Assembly: GCA_964542895.1 (NCBI GenBank)
Contig: CAZIWT010000001.1
Coordinates: forward strand, 30,573 to 94,572
Direction of reading: 5' to 3'
Length of the DNA stretch: 64,000 bases
From: an uncultured Thermodesulfobacteriota bacterium
Lineage (GTDB): Bacteria; Desulfobacterota; Zymogenia; Zymogenales; Zymogenaceae
In this document: piece by piece, positions 46,314 to 55,750 of the stretch
Layout of the letters: each line of letters starts with the position of its first letter
Position numbering within the stretch: the first letter of the stretch is position 1
Translations under genes and position numbers: made by a program
The notes under the pieces: model-generated
Seen by the model: only the letters and a program-made list of their open reading frames with translations
Databases searched by the model: none
What the model was told of the DNA's origin: nothing

Positions 46314-46596
46314 ATTTATGCTCCAAAATTAGTTGAGTTAATGCCCAATTGGCAACCGCCAAGCGCCAACTGAATCCCGATTTGAATTACCATATTTAAA
46401 AAAATCTACGTAAGCTCAATGGTGAACCAGCATGGTTCGATCGAAAAAATCACGCAAAATTTACAAACAGTAGAGATACCTTACCAGAATGTCCGAAAAA
46501 ATACAATTATTTTATACTGTGAAAAAATAAGTGTGGAGTTCAGCAAGATCAATGCCTTTTTTATTTAGCCAGGGGGATGATCGCCCCGCTTTTGAA

Positions 46597-47496
46597 TCAT
46601 CTCCCGGACACCATCTCCTCTATTATTTCCCTTGCAGTCTTCACATCTTTAATAAGAGCCGCGACCTCTCCAGAGCCTGCGGGAAAGAGATCAAAATCCC
46701 CTTCCGTCCAAGCCTTGGGGGCGTCAATCATGTTGTACTCCTTTGAGAGATCCAAACTGGATTCGCTCATTAATTTCTGAAGCTTCGGATTTATTATAGA
46801 GCGCATGCTCATCTTCCCTAAAGGGACAAGGGTTGTGCCGCCGTCGCCGCACCCCACGATTGCCTCCTTCCACGAATTTGGAGCACCGCTCTCCTCGGTT
46901 GCTATAAACCGGGTTCCAACCTGAACCCCCTCAGCGCCCAGGGCCAGGGCGGCGCGGTATCCCCTTGAGTCCGCTACCCCCCCGGCTGCCACTACTGGAA
47001 CGTCCACATGTTCGCATACTAAGGGGACAAGGATCATAGTAGAAGACTCCCCTCCCAAAGAGCGAAGTCCTCCAGACTCGTGACCCGAAACAACAATTCC
47101 GTCGACTCCCGCGTCGTACGCTTTTACTGCATGGGAGAGGGAGAGGAGGACGTGAAGCCCCTTCATTCCGAAGTCGTGGATTGTCGGAAATATCTTTTCC
47201 GGTGAACCGGCGGATGTGGTAACGGTATTTACTCCGGCGTCCTTCAGTATCCTCAAGATACCTTCATTTGTCGGATTCATAATCATAATGTTCGCCCCGA
47301 AGGGTTTGTCGGTAAGCTCCCTTACCTCCCCGACAAGCCTCTTCGCTTCCTCTGGATCGTAAACAAATCCCATCGCAAGCATCCCAAATCCCCCAGCCTC
47401 CGAGATCCCCGCCACCAGCCTCGGGGTGTTCAAGGCGCCGACGGGACCTTGAATGATGGGGTGCTTGCAACCCAAAATATCCAATAATCTTGACAT
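46597..47496 (-). CDS. nitronate monooxygenase (NMO/2-nitropropane dioxygenase) family FMN protein, possibly FabK-type enoyl-ACP reductase II
   Basis: 299 aa, TIM-barrel NMO motifs (...PIIQGPVGAL..., ...VVAAGGVADSRG...). Confidence 0.7.
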   Translation of the reverse strand: MSRLLDILGCKHPIIQGPVGALNTPRLVAGISEAGGFGMLAMGFVYDPEEAKRLVGEVRELTDKPFGANIMIMNPTNEGILRILKDAGVNTVTTSAGSPEKIFPTIHDFGMKGLHVLLSLSHAVKAYDAGVDGIVVSGHESGGLRSLGGESSTMILVPLVCEHVDVPVVAAGGVADSRGYRAALALGAEGVQVGTRFIATEESGAPNSWKEAIVGCGDGGTTLVPLGKMSMRSIINPKLQKLMSESSLDLSKEYNMIDAPKAWTEGDFDLFPAGSGEVAALIKDVKTAREIIEEMVSGR

Positions 47497-47742
47497 TTTT
47501 TTGCCTCTTAAAACTTTTTAAAATGTGCTCTTTCAATCAACGATAAGTTTTTAAAACCCTATATTACATGGGGCGGGAAGTGTAGTCAAGGGTCATTTCA
47601 GGGATTATCCGGTTCTGCCGCTCCAGTTCTTTATCAAAATTCAAAGTGAAATACTAAATTTTCGCGGAGGGCATTCAGACCTTGAAGAACGGTCTTTAAT
47701 ATGATACGAAGAGTTGGGTAAAATTTATTAAAGATAGACTCA

Positions 47743-48480
47743 ATGCAAAACTTCAATAGACCGCCCCTTACCGTGGAGGAGATCGTAAACAGGCTCAAGG
47801 GCCGCTCCGACCCAAAATCGGTCGAGGGGATGGCGAGGTTCGGCATCGACCTGGACCGGGCCCTCGGGGTCAGGGTGCCGGAGATGCGAAAGCTCGCCAA
47901 AGAAATAAAAAAGGGTATTGACGCCGATGACCGCCACGGGCTCGCCACGATGCTCTGGGGCAGGAATATCAGGGAGACTATGATCCTGGCAGGGATGATA
48001 GCAGATCCTAAAAAAGTGACGGAGGGGCTGATGGAGAAGTGGGCCGGTGATTTCTACGACTGGGAGGTGTGTGACCAGACCTGTGCCAACCTCTTCGAGA
48101 AAACCCCTTTCGCCTACGACAAGGCTGTCGAGTGGTCACGCAGGGAAGAGGAGTTCGTAAAGCGGGCGGGGTACGTCATGATGGCGAGGCTTGCGGTGAG
48201 CGACAAGAAGGCAAACGATGAGGCGTTCACCAGGTTTTTCCCCGATATCAAAAGGGGGGCTTTAGATAACAGGAACATGGTAAAGAAGGGGGTCAACTGG
48301 GCTATCCGCCAGATCGGGAAGAGAAACCTGGTTCTTAACAAAAGGGCGGTCGAGCTCTCTCTCGATATCAAGGAGATGGGTTCGCCCGCAGCCAGGTGGA
48401 TCGCCGCGGACGCCCTTCGTGAGCTTAAGAGCGACGCCGTTATCGATCGCCTGAAGAAGAGAGATAGCAAAAAACGTTAA
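47743..48480 (+). CDS. DNA alkylation repair protein (AlkD/AlkC-like HEAT-repeat glycosylase family)
   Basis: 245 aa; ...SVEGMARFGI...VRVPEMRKLAKEI... and ...KKGVNWAIRQIGKRN... are typical of the DNA-alkylation-repair family. Confidence 0.7.
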   Translation: MQNFNRPPLTVEEIVNRLKGRSDPKSVEGMARFGIDLDRALGVRVPEMRKLAKEIKKGIDADDRHGLATMLWGRNIRETMILAGMIADPKKVTEGLMEKWAGDFYDWEVCDQTCANLFEKTPFAYDKAVEWSRREEEFVKRAGYVMMARLAVSDKKANDEAFTRFFPDIKRGALDNRNMVKKGVNWAIRQIGKRNLVLNKRAVELSLDIKEMGSPAARWIAADALRELKSDAVIDRLKKRDSKKR

Positions 48481-48485
48481 AGGCA

Positions 48486-48520
48486 AAGCCCCGGCGATGG
48501 TGGGCTTTTCGCTTTCTTCT
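48486..48520 (+). terminator. rho-independent terminator (AAGCCC-N10-GGGCTT + T-rich tail)
   Basis: Read directly, 6 nt after the AlkD-like stop codon. Confidence 0.55.
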
Positions 48521-48736
48521 CCAAACAGACACTTCAAAAAGCCCAAGAAAATAACTTTAGCGTCCGGCCGAAAGGATGAGATAAAATCCCCACAGCTCAT
48601 CGCACTTTTTATTAAACCCGCTGTCAAAAAGGAGAGGCTTAAAATTAAACCATATTTTCCTTGGTAAAAAAGACCTCCCTATGTTATTATTTAAAGATAC
48701 TTTTTATTCAGCATGTTTTTTTAGGAAGACTTAAAG

Positions 48737-50746
48737 ATGAATACCAAAAAATTTGATACGGGATTAGGGCGATTAAGGAGATTGGGCTCGATCGTTCCCG
48801 TGATTGTCGCGATCTTCGTCTTGTCGTCCTGCGTAACGGACACCTCCGGCAGGGGAAAACGCTTCCCCGAGCCGAAGAGCGGTATGGTTAGCACATATCG
48901 AGCGGCGGAGACCGACTTCAAATCCGGGAGGTATTCCGAGGCCTTGAGCGGTTACCTGTCGTGCATCAAGGAATACCCGGCCAACACCCTGACCGACAAC
49001 GCGCTGGTCAGGGCAGGAGATATCTATCTCGCCCGGGGGGACCTCTCTTCGGCCCGCTCCCACTATCTCAAGGTCGTTCAGGAATTTGTCTCCTCGGACA
49101 GCTACGACGAGGCCCGATATAAGCTGGGATATGTCTACTACAAGTCGGAGAAATACTCCGACGCCGTCGGGATACTCGGCTCCCTCGTCCGCGAGTCGGA
49201 GGAGACCCGGACGGGAAACTCGATATATCTGATCCTCGCAAGGAGCTACACGAAGCTGGGGAACACATACGAGGCTGTTTACTGGTTCTCGGAGGCGATA
49301 GACAAGGCGACCGATATCTCGTCGAAGAGCGAGGCGAAAAAGGACCTCAAGCTCTTGGTGGAGGAGTATCTCTCCGAGACCGAGCTAATTCGGGTGTCGG
49401 AAAATATGGAGGGGAAGGAGGCCGGTGGATACGCCTCCTACGTCCTGGCGAAGAAGTACATCGCGGAGGGGGAGCTGGAAGACGCGAGAGAGGAGCTTCT
49501 GAAGATCGTCAGAAACCAGCCGAACCACGAGTATTATTACGAGGCTCAGGGCCTCTTGAAGGAGACCCAAGGCGCCCCCACGTCGAGCGAGATAACCGTT
49601 GGGGTGATTCTCCCCCTCTCCGGGCGCGCCTCGATCTTCGGCAGAAGGGTAAGGGAGGGGCTCGAGCTCGCCTCCGGAACAAAGGGCTTCACGAAGGGCC
49701 CCAGGGTAAGGCTCATCTTCAGGGACTCCAAGGGAGACGCAACAACGGCGTCTTACGCCGTCAAAGAGCTTGCACGCAACGACGATGTCGCCCTTATCAT
49801 CGGGCCGATGATCAAGGCGGCGGCGATCGCCGCAGCCGGGGAGGCCCAGCGCCTCTCGATCCCGATAATCACGCTGACAAAGGAGAGGGACATAACCAAT
49901 ATCGGCCCGTACGTCTTCAGGAACTTCCTCACATATCCGGACGAGATCCGCTCTCTGGTGAGATACGTCATTCAGGCCAAGGGGCTTTCCCGATTCGCCA
50001 TCCTCTATCCGGAGGACGACTACGGCAAGGTTTTAAAGGAGCTCTTTTCCAGGGAGGTAAGCCTTTACGGCTGCAGCGTCGTCGCGGTGAAATCCTACAC
50101 GTCGGAAACGGCCGATTTCAGGGCCACCATGAAGGACCTCATATCAGCCACCGGAAGCAGCAAAAACAACGCCACGTTTGACGCCATCTTCATCCCGGAT
50201 CACTACAGCATGGTGGGGATGATCGTGCCCTACGTCTTCTTCTACGACCTCAAAGGAGTCTCCCTCCTCGGGACCGACGGCTGGAACAATCCCAGGATCC
50301 TCGACATCACGGGCGATATGCTAATCGGCTCCTACTTCGCCGACTCCTTCACTCCGCACAGCGACAGGCCCAAGGTCAAGAGCTTCGTCGAAGATTTCAA
50401 GACAGTTTACGGGAGGGAGCCCGGAACCTACGAGGCCTATGGCTACGACACCATAAAGATGATACAGTTCCTCATGAGAACCCAGGGCGTAAGCGATCGC
50501 GACGAGATGATGCCCGCCCTCCTATCCATCAGGGACTACAAGGGCGTTACGGGAGATACCACGATAGAGAGGAACGGCGACTCCACCAAGGAGCCCTTTA
50601 TCCTCACGGTCATTGAGGCGGAGGCAAAGCCGACCCTGACCATCACCGAGGAGCCGGAAGAGGGGGTCGCCATCGCCGCGGAGAAGAAGAAGGAGAAAAA
50701 GGTAAATCTGATTATCGTGGAGGTCCCCGGCTCCTACCGGAGGTAG
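48737..50746 (+). CDS. lipoprotein with N-terminal TPR repeats and C-terminal periplasmic-binding-protein type-I (Leu/Ile/Val-binding-like) domain; LpoA-like architecture
   Basis: Lipobox (VLSSC). TPR-like repeats in residues ~50-270. The C-terminal ~380 aa has PBP type-1 motifs (VGVILPLSG...ALIIGPM...). 669 aa. Confidence 0.7.
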   Translation: MNTKKFDTGLGRLRRLGSIVPVIVAIFVLSSCVTDTSGRGKRFPEPKSGMVSTYRAAETDFKSGRYSEALSGYLSCIKEYPANTLTDNALVRAGDIYLARGDLSSARSHYLKVVQEFVSSDSYDEARYKLGYVYYKSEKYSDAVGILGSLVRESEETRTGNSIYLILARSYTKLGNTYEAVYWFSEAIDKATDISSKSEAKKDLKLLVEEYLSETELIRVSENMEGKEAGGYASYVLAKKYIAEGELEDAREELLKIVRNQPNHEYYYEAQGLLKETQGAPTSSEITVGVILPLSGRASIFGRRVREGLELASGTKGFTKGPRVRLIFRDSKGDATTASYAVKELARNDDVALIIGPMIKAAAIAAAGEAQRLSIPIITLTKERDITNIGPYVFRNFLTYPDEIRSLVRYVIQAKGLSRFAILYPEDDYGKVLKELFSREVSLYGCSVVAVKSYTSETADFRATMKDLISATGSSKNNATFDAIFIPDHYSMVGMIVPYVFFYDLKGVSLLGTDGWNNPRILDITGDMLIGSYFADSFTPHSDRPKVKSFVEDFKTVYGREPGTYEAYGYDTIKMIQFLMRTQGVSDRDEMMPALLSIRDYKGVTGDTTIERNGDSTKEPFILTVIEAEAKPTLTITEEPEEGVAIAAEKKKEKKVNLIIVEVPGSYRR

Positions 50747-50748
50747 AG

Positions 50749-51540
50749 ATGCACTCAAAAGGGAGAAAACGGGCGGCACCAACAGCCGCCCTTTTAATTT
50801 TTTCGGCTTTACTCGTAGTTCCAGAGCTGTTTCCTCTCTACGCCCAGGCCCCGAACACTTTTTACGTCAAAGAGGTCATCGACGGGGACACCATAGTGCT
50901 CTCCGACAACAGAAAGGTCCGCTACATCGGGATCGATACCCCGGAGTCGGGGGGACTGAAGCCGACTGAGTACTACGGAATCGAGGCCAAAAAAATCAAC
51001 AAAAAGCTGACCGAGGGGAAAGAGGTCAGGCTCGAAACCGACCTCGAGCGAATCGACAATTACGGAAGGACGCTCGCATACGTTTACGTGGACGATCTAT
51101 TCGTAAATCTGAGGCTGGTCGAGCTGGGGGCCGCCGTGGCCCGTCCCTATCCCCCGAACCTTAAACACTACGGGGAGCTCTCCCGCAAGATGGAGATTGC
51201 CAGAAAAGAGAAACGGGGGCTCTGGGCGGAGGTGGAGAAATGGATGATACCCGCCGAAGACGCGGGAAGATACATCGGCCTCTCAAAGACCGTGGTGGGA
51301 AAAGTGCTTCACGCCCAAGACAAGGGCTTCGGGGTCTTTTTGAACTTCGGCGGGGATTTCTCCACCGACTTTACGGTCTTTATCCCGGCGAAAAACCTCA
51401 CGTATTTCAAAGACGAGGGGATCGGCGATCCCGCATCGGTGTATCGGGGGAAGGTCGTAGAGACAACCGGGACGATAAGGGAGCATAACGGCCCCTCGAT
51501 TACCGTCAGGCACCCGGGTCAAATATATATCAGGAAATAG
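50749..51540 (+). CDS. secreted thermonuclease (staphylococcal nuclease/SNase-like) with C-terminal OB-fold-like domain
   Basis: Signal peptide and SNase motifs (VIDGDTIVL...RYIGIDTPE...YGRTLAYVYVDD...). 263 aa. Confidence 0.8.
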   Translation: MHSKGRKRAAPTAALLIFSALLVVPELFPLYAQAPNTFYVKEVIDGDTIVLSDNRKVRYIGIDTPESGGLKPTEYYGIEAKKINKKLTEGKEVRLETDLERIDNYGRTLAYVYVDDLFVNLRLVELGAAVARPYPPNLKHYGELSRKMEIARKEKRGLWAEVEKWMIPAEDAGRYIGLSKTVVGKVLHAQDKGFGVFLNFGGDFSTDFTVFIPAKNLTYFKDEGIGDPASVYRGKVVETTGTIREHNGPSITVRHPGQIYIRK

Positions 51541-52074
51541 CCCTCTGAGATCGCGGTGGCCGGGAAGTTCGTCGGGCGGGACCAATACGTTTTTTGCCCA
51601 ACACTCCTTCGATTTGAGGTTTACCGTATCGTTTGTTGCGCGGGTTCAAAGGATTTTTTAAGAAGGAAGATTCGAGGGCGGCGAAACCTCGATTTATTGT
51701 GGTGTTCGGCGATGATAGCCTTGGCCACTCATGATTCAGCCTCTTGAAAGATTTAACCAATCTGTTGGAATTTCGCCACAACGATAATGGAGCAAAGGGG
51801 AAATGACCCGCTGAATTTCAAAGGACGATCAGGCATTTTCAGCTATAAAACGTAATTGCATTCAGAAGTCGGAATATCACTTCCCCCCGTAAAAACCCAA
51901 CTCCTCTTCGAACGCTTTGAATTACTAAGAGCCGAATCGAAAGAAACTGATCCCCCCCATCAAAAAGCCCCTGTTATCTCTCATCTTGAGCTCGGCACCT
52001 CAAGTCCCCGAACTTTTAATCCCCTTGTCGAGACGGCGACAATTTAAAAGGTCAGGCCTTTTTCAGCCGGTCAG

Positions 52075-53247
52075 CTACTTCTTCGACGGGATCAAGACCT
52101 GCGGCTCGGTTAAGAAGAACTTCCCATTAACAATCCGGTCTTTTAATATAGCGGCGATCTCCCGCGCCTTTACAAAGCTCGACAGCGGCACCGTCTGTAT
52201 CTCTCTACCGTTGAGGACTATTGTCCCCGATTTCAGGGCGGCGTAGGTGGTCATTCCCAGGGTCTTCCCGGTACTTTGGGGGTAGTCCACGCTGTAGTCT
52301 ACGATCTGGGCCGTTATCTCCTCGTCGGAGACGGATGTATGATGCGCCATCTCCTCGTTGAGGATGGGGATCGGTATCCCCACCCCCACGGCCATGGAGC
52401 AGCCGTACCCTATAAGGCTCACCCCTACGAGAAATTCGGGGCTCATCTTTTTGAGCTCCCCCATGACGGTCAGGGTCCCGGCGGGAACCATTGGGACGCC
52501 CTTTTCGCCCCTCACCGGCTTCGGATTGTGCTGAGTCCCGTGCCATATCACGTAGCCCTCGCCGCCGCCCAAAAATATCCTCGTGCCCAGCCCAATGGTC
52601 TTGAAGTAGGGATCGTTAAAGAGGGGGGACAGCACGCCGGCGCTGCAGTAGTTTGCGTTCTGGAGATTAGGCCGGAGGACGCCCATATAAGTATATATAG
52701 TCTTTTTGCCCAGGTTGACCCCGACGTTGTAATTCTGGTAGGCGTTTCTCGGATTCAACAACATCGCGTAGGGGAAATCTTTCAGTCCCATCTTCTTTTT
52801 GTAACCCCTGTTCGGATAGCAGTCTGTGCCGTACGACTCGGCGACGAACTCGACCTTTTTTCCGGCCACGAGATCCTGTATCACGTGTCCGCCCCCGTAT
52901 GGGAAATGCCCCGGATACACCTTATTCAGGGGATCGTCCAGGGAGGGTTCCGTGACCCCGAGATAGAAATCGACCGCCGCTATTCCTGAATAGGTCGGGA
53001 CGTTGTTCAGAAGGACCTTCGAGGACTTTATTCTGGGAGTCGAATGGCCGAAGTTGAAAAAGGCCCCGGACGAGCACATCGGCCCAAAGGTTCCGGTCGT
53101 GACCACGTCCACCCTCTTTGCGGCGTTCACCTCCCCCTCACGCCTCACTATATCGACCATCTCCTCCGCGGTGACCACCACGACCTTTCCGCCCTTGATT
53201 TTCTTATTGATCTCTTCAATGCTTTTTTCAACCTGGTACTTTCCCAC
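52075..53247 (-). CDS. homocysteine biosynthesis protein, DUF39/COG1900 family (sulfide-dependent aspartate-semialdehyde sulfurtransferase-like)
   Basis: N-terminal ...KVVVVTAEEMVDIV...VDVVTTGTFGPMCSSGAFFNFGH and overall length (390 aa) match the DUF39 family. Confidence 0.65.
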   Translation of the reverse strand: MGKYQVEKSIEEINKKIKGGKVVVVTAEEMVDIVRREGEVNAAKRVDVVTTGTFGPMCSSGAFFNFGHSTPRIKSSKVLLNNVPTYSGIAAVDFYLGVTEPSLDDPLNKVYPGHFPYGGGHVIQDLVAGKKVEFVAESYGTDCYPNRGYKKKMGLKDFPYAMLLNPRNAYQNYNVGVNLGKKTIYTYMGVLRPNLQNANYCSAGVLSPLFNDPYFKTIGLGTRIFLGGGEGYVIWHGTQHNPKPVRGEKGVPMVPAGTLTVMGELKKMSPEFLVGVSLIGYGCSMAVGVGIPIPILNEEMAHHTSVSDEEITAQIVDYSVDYPQSTGKTLGMTTYAALKSGTIVLNGREIQTVPLSSFVKAREIAAILKDRIVNGKFFLTEPQVLIPSKK

Positions 53248-53441
53248 TTTTCTCCCCCGAAGTTATCACAATACAAATAAATTGGAAATTAGCCCTCTAA
53301 TAAAAACAGCTCGCAAATTTGGATTTAACAACGTAAAAGCCTGTTCACCCTTTAATCGAAGATAATCGTCGTCGGGAAAAGGCGGGCGTGAAAAAGACCG
53401 CTTTCAGGGCCACCCGCTTGGGCCCTCAGCCATTGTATCCC

Positions 53442-54119
53442 CTAACGGCATTTTTTAATCGGGAGGTGCCTCGGTCTTATCTTGTTTTCTCCAATGTAAA
53501 CCTTCCTGATGTTCCTCTTTCCGTCAATCTTTAGGTCGAACTTCACACACGGAGAACTCCCCTTGACCTTGAAATTGAAGCCCTTCTTTTCATCCTTCGA
53601 CCTAAAAGAGAAGACCACCTTACTCTTGTTAACAACGGAGATTTCCCTTCCCTCCAGATCATCTCTCAACACCTTGTCTCCCGACTTATCCACATCCGTC
53701 CCCCCTATCTTCTTATCCAACAACTTCCACTTCTCTCCTTTCTCCTTCTCATCTATCCGCTTTTCCCTCTCCTTTTTCAACTTACCCTTCTTCTTGTTCG
53801 CCTCTTCGTCCTTCCCCATAATTCTCGAGACATATTTGAAGATTGTCTCGACAATCCCCTTTTCCTCCTTCTCGACGACATCGAACCTCCCCCTGGACAG
53901 GATGATCTCCCCGGAAAAGGTGTGGGGCGTATCACCGGTTATCGTCACCAGATGCCAGACCTTATTCTTGTCCCTCCAGAGATAGTACCCGTAGTCGCCT
54001 GTGTCCTTTATCTTCGGCTTACCCTCAAAACTGACCCCGTAGCCGTAATCGGCGGTTAATATCAAGCCAACGAGCGTGGTTACGACAACTACGGTTAAGA
54101 TATGTTTTAATCGCCCCAT
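53442..54119 (-). CDS. secreted hypothetical protein with Lys/Glu-rich central segment
   Basis: Signal peptide/TM at the N-terminus, charged low-complexity KKKGKLKKEREKRIDEKEKGEK, and a C-terminal beta-rich-looking region. No family recognised. Confidence 0.45.
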   Translation of the reverse strand: MGRLKHILTVVVVTTLVGLILTADYGYGVSFEGKPKIKDTGDYGYYLWRDKNKVWHLVTITGDTPHTFSGEIILSRGRFDVVEKEEKGIVETIFKYVSRIMGKDEEANKKKGKLKKEREKRIDEKEKGEKWKLLDKKIGGTDVDKSGDKVLRDDLEGREISVVNKSKVVFSFRSKDEKKGFNFKVKGSSPCVKFDLKIDGKRNIRKVYIGENKIRPRHLPIKKCR

Positions 54120-54172
54120 AAAATCCTTTCCGGCCCCCCTATCTATGAATCATCATCGGCCCCATCTTTGCA

Positions 54173-55726
54173 TCAACCCTCCATGTAGCCCGTTATCTCC
54201 CCGATCCTCTTATAGAGGGGCGCCAGGGCGTCGTATGTCTTCATAAAGACGTCGTTGTATAGGCCGTTGTATATCTTGTGGTTCTCCTTTATCGGCTCAA
54301 ACTCCTTTCCGGTCCTGACCATCGCCTTTACCGCCTCGTCAAAGCCGCCGAACATCCCCGTGCCGACGGCGGCGTCTATCGCGGCGCCCATGCCGCACGT
54401 CTCGTATGTGGCCATCCTCTTTGTGGGGAGGTTGAAGATGTCAGCGGCGATCTGAACCGCAATGTCGCTCCTGGAGCCGCCCCCGCCGACCCGAAGCTCT
54501 TTCAATGGCACCTTCGTATCACCCTGGGCGATCTCGCCGAGCCTCCTCAGCTCATAGCCTATACCTTCAAGAATTGCCCTGTATATATGGGCCCTCGTGT
54601 GGACGCTCCCGAAGCCGATTATGGAGCCCTTGGAGAACTTGAGGGACGGGTGGGGCGTCCAGTAGGGCTGGAGCATCAACCCCATTGAGCCGGGGGGAAT
54701 GTCTTTTATGACCTCGTCGAGGACCGCCTCCGTTGCCATGTTTCTTTTTTTCGCCTCGAGCGCCTCCCTGTAGCCGAGCTCCTGGGTGAACCACCGCGCC
54801 ATCCAGAATCCCCGATAGATAAAGCACTCCAGGTTCCATGCGTCCGGCATGGAAGAGCACCAGGTAAAATAACGAACCTTCTTGCTCTCGGTGAACTTCT
54901 TGGTAACAATCTCCAGCGTTGTCGCCGTTCCGAAGGAGATCATCCCTATGTCCGGGGTGATGGCGCCGGCGCCGAGGGACTCCGACTGCTTGTCCCCCGC
55001 CCCCACCACGACGGGAAGCCCTTCCGGGAGCCCCGTCTCTTTTGCGGCCGCCTTGGTTACGCGGCCCAACACCTCGTTAGGCTTGAAGAGCTTGGGTAGG
55101 TGATCCCTCTTTATCTGGAAGACGTCGAGGACCCCCTGGATACCGAACCAGTCGAACTTCTTCGATTCGAGGGGCCAGTAGCCGACGTACATCGACGCCG
55201 AGTCGTTGAACTCCCCGGTGAGCTTGTGGACGAACCAGCTCGACACCTGGCAGAACTTGTGGGTCTTCTTGTATATCTCCGGCTCGTAGGTATAAATCCA
55301 GGTGAACTTAGAATTTTTTTGGATCAGGTTGATCATCTCCGACTTCCCGATGAGGCCGAAGAGGAGCTTTACCGAGGCGCTTATCGGTGGAGGGTCTTCG
55401 GTAAAGCGCTGGTCGAGCCAGATGATGGAGTTTCTCAGCGGATTTCCCTTCTTGTCCACCGGGATTATGTTTCCACGCTGGGCGGTTATCCCCATCCCGC
55501 AGAGCTTCTTCGGGTCGAACTTCTTGCTCTTCATCACATCTTTCGTCACGACGCAGAGCTTCTTCCAGTAGTCTTCCGGCTTCTGCTCCGCCCAACCGGG
55601 CTTGACCGAGAAGTAGGGGTCGTGGGGGGCCTGGGCCTTGGCCAGCTCGTTGCCCTCCCTGTCGTAGACTATCGCCCTGACGCTCTGGGTCCCGCTGTCG
55701 ATCGCCATTACGAATTCTTTTTCCAT
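54173..55726 (-). CDS. FGGY-family carbohydrate kinase (xylulokinase/glycerol-kinase-like)
   Basis: MAIDSGTQSVRAIVYD N-terminal ATPase motif and FGGY C-terminal motifs (...GGGSRS...). 517 aa. Confidence 0.85.
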   Translation of the reverse strand: MEKEFVMAIDSGTQSVRAIVYDREGNELAKAQAPHDPYFSVKPGWAEQKPEDYWKKLCVVTKDVMKSKKFDPKKLCGMGITAQRGNIIPVDKKGNPLRNSIIWLDQRFTEDPPPISASVKLLFGLIGKSEMINLIQKNSKFTWIYTYEPEIYKKTHKFCQVSSWFVHKLTGEFNDSASMYVGYWPLESKKFDWFGIQGVLDVFQIKRDHLPKLFKPNEVLGRVTKAAAKETGLPEGLPVVVGAGDKQSESLGAGAITPDIGMISFGTATTLEIVTKKFTESKKVRYFTWCSSMPDAWNLECFIYRGFWMARWFTQELGYREALEAKKRNMATEAVLDEVIKDIPPGSMGLMLQPYWTPHPSLKFSKGSIIGFGSVHTRAHIYRAILEGIGYELRRLGEIAQGDTKVPLKELRVGGGGSRSDIAVQIAADIFNLPTKRMATYETCGMGAAIDAAVGTGMFGGFDEAVKAMVRTGKEFEPIKENHKIYNGLYNDVFMKTYDALAPLYKRIGEITGYMEG

Positions 55727-55750
55727 AAATACACCTATTATAAAAATATT

